Assembly (NCBI GenBank): GCA_019694155.1
Contig: JAIBCN010000138.1
Coordinates: 1,832-65,831, forward strand
Source of the DNA: Vicinamibacteria bacterium
Lineage (GTDB): Bacteria; Acidobacteriota; Vicinamibacteria; Fen-336; JAGNNV01
Reading direction: 5' to 3'
DNA: 64,000 nt
Shown here: positions 60,294-64,000 of the stretch, piece after piece
How the letters are laid out: the number at the start of each line of letters is the position of its first letter
How positions within the stretch are numbered: position 1 is the first letter of the stretch
The notes under the pieces: generated by a model
Seen by the model: the letters and a program-made list of their open reading frames with translations, nothing else
Databases searched by the model: none
Told to the model about the DNA's origin: nothing
Translations under genes and position numbers: made by a program

Positions 60294-60323
60294 CGGCGGG
60301 AGGCGGGGTATCGCCTCCCGCCG
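60294..60323 (+). terminator. perfect 12-bp GC hairpin downstream of the propeller gene (no U-tract)
   Basis: CGGCGGGAGGCG-gggtat-CGCCTCCCGCCG. Confidence 0.35.
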
Positions 60324-60530
60324 CGGAGCCGCCCCGGAGCCTTCTCCGAACTCGACAACCCACCTAGCTCCGTCAGCCCGGTCGTACAATTCGGATACAG
60401 ACCGTGCAGACACAGAACTTTCCGCCGCACGCATGCCAGGAGGCCACCCCGACTAGGTCGCCGGCTGGGTTGGTTTCTCGTCCTTCGGCAGAACTGTCCA
60501 TACAGTGTTAGCCAGACCGCGAGGAGGGCG

Positions 60531-61001
60531 ATGACCGGCACTTGGCATGACTATGATTCTCTGGCCGAGCAGAGCTTGGAATACACCAACGCCTGCATCA
60601 AGCGGCTCGAGACTGTCTTCGGCGTCGGCCATCAGGAACGGTTCGACATCGACCTGCTTGGAGGCACCCTCACCTTCTCGTCGGGCGGCACACCGCGGGT
60701 GCTAGCTGCCTGTCGGCCGGCGGGGTCGCTCTCGCATACGTCGAACACATGGCTATGGGCATGGGCAAACTTCAATCTGCCCCCAAGAATGCGAGGCGTC
60801 TCCAAGAAGGCTCGCTTGGTTGGAAAGAAAGAGAGCTACCCTCGCCTTGTGGAACCGAAATGGCCGGCGGAAGAGGATGATGCTTGGGAGGTCACCGCTA
60901 TTCTTACGTACCTTGCAAAGGCCGACGGCGCCTACCGATGCCCAACGAAGAAGGGCGATTGGTTCGTGGTGCTGAGCGAGGTGACTCATGTGGCTGGCTA
61001 A
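60531..61001 (+). CDS. cassette ORF 1: conserved hypothetical (WLWAWANFN motif; possibly DUF6882-like)
   Basis: ATG with GAGGAGGG RBS 20 nt after the R'-like box. 156 aa. Its stop TAA is embedded in GGCTAACAAC. Confidence 0.6.
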   Translation: MTGTWHDYDSLAEQSLEYTNACIKRLETVFGVGHQERFDIDLLGGTLTFSSGGTPRVLAACRPAGSLSHTSNTWLWAWANFNLPPRMRGVSKKARLVGKKESYPRLVEPKWPAEEDDAWEVTAILTYLAKADGAYRCPTKKGDWFVVLSEVTHVAG

Positions 61002-61106
61002 CAACGGGTTGCAACCGACAAGGTCCGCAAGGAGTGGCCCCTTCGCCCTTCGCTCGTGGGGCCAGTCGTTGAGGGCGGCCCTTGCGGCTGAACCCGGGTG
61101 TTGGAC
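60996..61106 (+). repeat. attC-like site 1
   Basis: The head gctaacaacgggttgcaaccgacaaggtccgcaagg is an imperfect reverse complement of the tail cccttgcggctgaacccgggtgttggac. R'' is GGCTAAC and R' is GTTGGAC. Confidence 0.5.
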
Positions 61107-61124
61107 GGGCGAACGGGGGCTATC

Positions 61125-61646
61125 GTGAACCGGGCCGTAGCCACGCTCGCGGCTTTCCTCGCACTGGCAGGCGGGCGTGAGCGACAGCAGTGGCGCGTCG
61201 ACCTTCATGGAGCAGGCCCAATTCGAGTCGGGATGACCCTGCGAGAGGTGCGCAAGGCAGTCCGCGACCCAAAGGCGAGGATTCTCGATCTTGATCAGAA
61301 ACCCACAGAGACGGGCTGCGCATATTTGGAGAGCTCGAAGGTGCCCGCTGGCATGGGTGTGATGTTCCTCCACGGACTTGTGGCGAGGGTAGACGTCTTC
61401 GAGCCGGGAATCGCAACGGTGGATGGTGCAACCGTGGGGGACACCGAGGACCGAATCAAGCAGCTCTACCCCGGCCTTCTGGTGGAGCCACACTTCTACA
61501 ACCCTGAAGGAGGCCACTATCTAAGACGGTCAGGGAGAGGCGCCGATGCAGACTACGAAATCCTCTTTGAGACGGATGGTGGCCGAGTGTCTATGTTCCG
61601 CGCTGGCACTTCAGAAGGCGTCACGTTGGTGGAGGGGTGTGCCTAG
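61125..61646 (+). CDS. cassette ORF 2: secreted hypothetical protein
   Basis: Likely GTG start (VNRAVATLAAFLALAGG signal peptide). The track start at 61098 is the GTG of the R' box. Confidence 0.5.
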   Translation: MNRAVATLAAFLALAGGRERQQWRVDLHGAGPIRVGMTLREVRKAVRDPKARILDLDQKPTETGCAYLESSKVPAGMGVMFLHGLVARVDVFEPGIATVDGATVGDTEDRIKQLYPGLLVEPHFYNPEGGHYLRRSGRGADADYEILFETDGGRVSMFRAGTSEGVTLVEGCA

Positions 61647-61653
61647 TGGCGCC

Positions 61654-61752
61654 GTCCAACAACGGCTTGCACCAGACAAAGGGCGCTCGGAGCGGCCGCT
61701 TCGCGGCCGATCATCTTGAGGCGCCCTTTGCAGGTGACGCACGGTGTTAGGC
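61654..61752 (+). repeat. attC-like site 2
   Basis: R'' GTCCAAC (61654-61660) and R' GTTAGGC (61746-61752). A 10-bp inverted repeat caaagggcgc / gcgccctttg flanks a GC-rich centre containing gcggccgc. Head and rc(tail) align over ~33 nt. Confidence 0.55.
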
Positions 61753-61768
61753 AGGCAGAGAGGGGCGA

Positions 61769-62380
61769 ATGGGAGACGACACTAAGCCACTAGTCTTCAT
61801 AGTCGAGTCCCTTGGACTTGAGGACGAGAAGGAGGCGAGGTCTGAGGGACAGGTCTTGCAGCGCATCCTGCGCATGAGCGGGAAGGAGACTACCTACTTC
61901 TACATCCGAACCCGGAAGGAGCTTGAGAAATTCGCGAAGACGTTCGGCGCCAGTCGCTATCGCTACCTTCATCTCTCCTGCCACGCCAACAAGACGCTAA
62001 TGGCAACGACGCTCGACAGAATCAGCTTCGCGGATCTGGGGGACATTCTTCGTCCCCATTTAGGGAAGCGACGAGTATTCCTATCGGCCTGTGAAATGGG
62101 GACGAAGGAGCTGGCTCTCGCACTCCTGAAGGACTCCGGCTGCTATTCCGTGATTGGACCAGCAGAGGCCGTAGAGTTCGGTGATGCCGCGCTCTTATGG
62201 TCTTCCTTCTATCACCTCATGTTTAAGAGGAATCACGCCGCGATGCAGCGGAAGTGGATCACCGCTCACTTGCAAGACACCGCCAACCTCTTTCAAGTCT
62301 CGATGAACTACTTTTCCTTGGGTGCCAAGGGGAAGTTGCTTCACAAGGCGATAGAGCCCAAAAACAACCAGGCTCCCTAA
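61769..62380 (+). CDS. cassette ORF 3: minimal caspase/CHAT-like (clan CD) Cys-His peptidase-fold protein
   Basis: Beta-strand LVFIVESL, His block YRYLHLSCHANK, and Cys block RRVFLSACEMGT (compare caspase KLFFIQACRG and CHAT VLSACET). 203 aa. GAGAGGGG RBS. Confidence 0.55.
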   Translation: MGDDTKPLVFIVESLGLEDEKEARSEGQVLQRILRMSGKETTYFYIRTRKELEKFAKTFGASRYRYLHLSCHANKTLMATTLDRISFADLGDILRPHLGKRRVFLSACEMGTKELALALLKDSGCYSVIGPAEAVEFGDAALLWSSFYHLMFKRNHAAMQRKWITAHLQDTANLFQVSMNYFSLGAKGKLLHKAIEPKNNQAP

Positions 62381-62461
62381 CAAAGAATTTGAACGGACCA
62401 CGCAGACGGCCGTGGGCCCTCGCCGCTCAATTCAGCGTTATCCGGGCCGTAGGTGTTGAAA
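62375..62461 (+). repeat. attC-like site 3 (more degenerate)
   Basis: R'' CCCTAAC overlapping the stop; R' GTTGAAA at 62455-62461 preceded by the conserved GGTG. Confidence 0.4.
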
Positions 62462-62470
62462 GAGGTTCCA

Positions 62471-63106
62471 ATGATCAATATGCCCTATGAACCGCCCAGC
62501 GTTCTGAGCAATGCCTACAACTGCCCGCACTGTCACGCGTATGCCAGTGTGCTCGCGGCGGCCGTGCGCTTTACGCCCATGAACGTCGACTTGGCGCCGT
62601 TCAAGATTCATAGGTGCAGTCGCTGCGGCAAGTTCACCTTGTGGCACGAGATCACGATGATCCACCCGCCTGCGTTGACGTCGCCTCCTCCCAACGCCGA
62701 CATGCCGGTAACCGTTCTCGCCGACTATGAGGAGGCGCGCGGCATAGCCGCACGCTCTCCGCGCGGCGCCGCAGCGCTTTTGCGCCCGGTCATCCAGAAG
62801 CTATGCACGCATCTCGGCGTTGATGGCGGGAATCTGAATGCTGCGATTGGTGAGCTCGTGAGGAAGGGTCTTCCAGCGCGCGTCCAGCAAGCTCTTGATG
62901 TGGTGCGCGTCGTCGGAAACAAGGCTGTGCATCCTGGCCAGATTGATCTCAAAGATGATGTCGAGACGGCCAACGCCCTATTTGGACTTGTCAATGTAGT
63001 TGCAGAAGTGATGATCACGCAGCCGAAAGTCATTGAAACCCTCTATGGCGCTTTGCCAGAGGGAGCCAAAGAAGCCATTGAGAGGCGCGATCGGGAAACC
63101 CCATGA
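62471..63106 (+). CDS. cassette ORF 4: zinc-ribbon + DUF4145 domain protein
   Basis: N-terminal CPHCHAYASV...CSRCGKFTLWH (Cys4). C-terminal DUF4145-like helices (ARSPRGAAALLRPVIQKLCTHLG...LDVVRVVGNKAVHPGQIDLKDDVETANALFGLVNVVAEVM). ATG with GAAAGAGG RBS. Confidence 0.65.
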   Translation: MINMPYEPPSVLSNAYNCPHCHAYASVLAAAVRFTPMNVDLAPFKIHRCSRCGKFTLWHEITMIHPPALTSPPPNADMPVTVLADYEEARGIAARSPRGAAALLRPVIQKLCTHLGVDGGNLNAAIGELVRKGLPARVQQALDVVRVVGNKAVHPGQIDLKDDVETANALFGLVNVVAEVMITQPKVIETLYGALPEGAKEAIERRDRETP

Positions 63107-63328
63107 ACACGCAGCCGGATAACAAAGAATTGGAGCGGGCGAGGGAACCTGCCTCGATAATGTAGACACTTCCACTTAACAATGGAGGTGCACGATCGCG
63201 GCACGATCGAGTCGAAAACGTCTTCCCGGTAGCAGCCTGGATTTCAGGCTGAAGCCGGGCATTGGGCTGGCCGTTCGCAAAGCGAGCACAGCAGGCGTGG
63301 CAGAATGGCGGGGAGAGGTGACGGGCTC

Positions 63329-63733
63329 ATGATCATTGGTGCACACTCGATCATCTACAGCAAGGACCCAGAGGCCGACCGCGTATTTCTCCGCGACGTG
63401 CTGAAGCTTCCCAATGTCGATGTGGGCGACGGTTGGTTGATCTTCGGGCTGCCGCCAGCCGAACTGGCCGTGCACCCATCGGAGAAGAACGACGTGCACG
63501 AGTTCTACCTCATGTGCGCAGACATCCAGGACTTCGCCGCGGAGGTCAAGAAGCGCGGGGCGACCTGCGGTCCGATCCTCAACCGAGGATGGGGTCTGCT
63601 TACGCAATTGAGTCTCCCGGGGGGCGGGAAGCTGGGCGTCTATGAACCGCGTCACGCGCGACCGAAGCCGGTGATGGTGCCGCGGACGCCGGCCACAAGG
63701 CGGGCGCCCAAGGGCAAGACTGGCCGCAGGTAG
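63329..63733 (+). CDS. VOC-family (glyoxalase/bleomycin-resistance-like) small protein
   Basis: MIIGAHSIIYSKDPEADRVFLRDVL...LIFGLPPAELAVHPSEKNDVHEFYLMCADIQ is a beta-alpha-beta-beta-beta VOC module. Cassette membership is uncertain (no clear R' box upstream). Confidence 0.6.
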   Translation: MIIGAHSIIYSKDPEADRVFLRDVLKLPNVDVGDGWLIFGLPPAELAVHPSEKNDVHEFYLMCADIQDFAAEVKKRGATCGPILNRGWGLLTQLSLPGGGKLGVYEPRHARPKPVMVPRTPATRRAPKGKTGRR

Positions 63734-64000
63734 GTCAAACCACAGGCCGCCTCCAAGGGAGAGACCTCGGCGATGTCTACGCGTGGCCTGGATCGGGCGG
63801 GGAGAAAGCGAGCACACTCCGCGAGGGAAGCTGCTGGGGCGCGCCAGACCGCTGCACCGCGAGATTGCTTCGGCCCGTTACGAAACGGATGGGGGCCTCG
63901 CAATGACGGTGGGGGGTTTTCCACCTCGATTGGGGTGCCTGCAGAGGGTGCTTGGGCTTCATCTTGAGGCATCGCAACAACCAGTGATTAAGGGAATTTC

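Larger units (their letters stand above)
60507..63181 (+). mobile_element. integron-type gene-cassette array (attC-delimited cassettes, no intI in window; CALIN-like)
   Basis: Lower-GC (~55%) block of five co-directional small ORFs. Each of the first four is followed within 0-15 nt of its stop by a YAACAA box (R''-like RYYYAAC). Each next ORF is preceded by GTGTTRRNN (R'-like GTTRRRY): 60505-60513 aGTGTTAGCC, 61098-61106 GTGTTGGAC, 61744-61752 GTGTTAGGC, 62453-62461 GTGTTGAAA. Internal inverted repeats lie between boxes. Confidence 0.6.

Noticed and set aside
60753-61517. 254-aa minus ORF across cassettes 1-2, and 63176..63817 minus ORF
   Set aside because: They are antisense to better-supported + strand cassette ORFs and span attC sites.

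Overview
High-GC (~68%) bacterial chromosomal window, probably Acidobacteriota- or Gemmatimonadota-like (TonB receptor with CarbopepD_reg N-terminus, poor Shine-Dalgarno usage). About 60 kb is core genome, followed by a ~3 kb lower-GC accessory island.

Core content, in order:
- ppdK (partial), glyS, glyQ and recO.
- A bufferin-like MNIO RiPP cluster: a Tat-signal, 14-Cys repeat precursor, then DUF692 and DUF2063 genes.
- An SPFH and ribbon-helix-helix pair.
- An OleABC-like trio (FabH-like thiolase, haloalkane-dehalogenase-like alpha/beta hydrolase, AMP-ligase), followed by a CaiB-type CoA transferase and a cysteine hydrolase.
- holB-tmk, an RfbD-like reductase and a cNMP-binding/FHA fusion protein.
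- An envelope-modification locus (polytopic membrane protein, AlgX-like SGNH hydrolase, hypothetical, unannotated 58-aa membrane protein).
- A TonB-dependent receptor and the peptidoglycan-recycling genes mpl-ldcA-nagZ.
- A 1331-aa multi-PAS/GAF HisKA_2 sensor kinase and a ydbS/ydbT PH-domain pair.
- An NAD-salvage cluster (nadR-pnuC-ATPase), lolCD, a VOC protein with a poly-lysine tail, lysS and nusB-ribH.
- A thl-hbd-crt beta-oxidation/butyrate-type operon.
- An AcnB-like aconitase lacking the HEAT domain, plus an IDH/IPMDH-family dehydrogenase.
- hfq, coaBC, rpoZ-gmk-msbA, and secreted proteins including an S55/SpoIVB-like peptidase and a beta-propeller protein.

The last ~3.5 kb (60.5-63.2 kb) is a lower-GC integron-type gene-cassette array with no integrase in the window (CALIN-like):
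- Unidirectional small ORFs are each followed by an attC-like imperfect palindrome with R'' (YAACAA) and R' (GTGTTRRNN) boxes.
- The cassettes include a minimal caspase/CHAT-like Cys-His protease and a zinc-ribbon DUF4145 protein.
- This is the best candidate for a novel, possibly defence-related system.

Caveat: in a few places the printed sequence and the ORF track disagree by single bases at line boundaries (21360/21361, 21480/21481, 44940/44941). I have not built claims on those positions.
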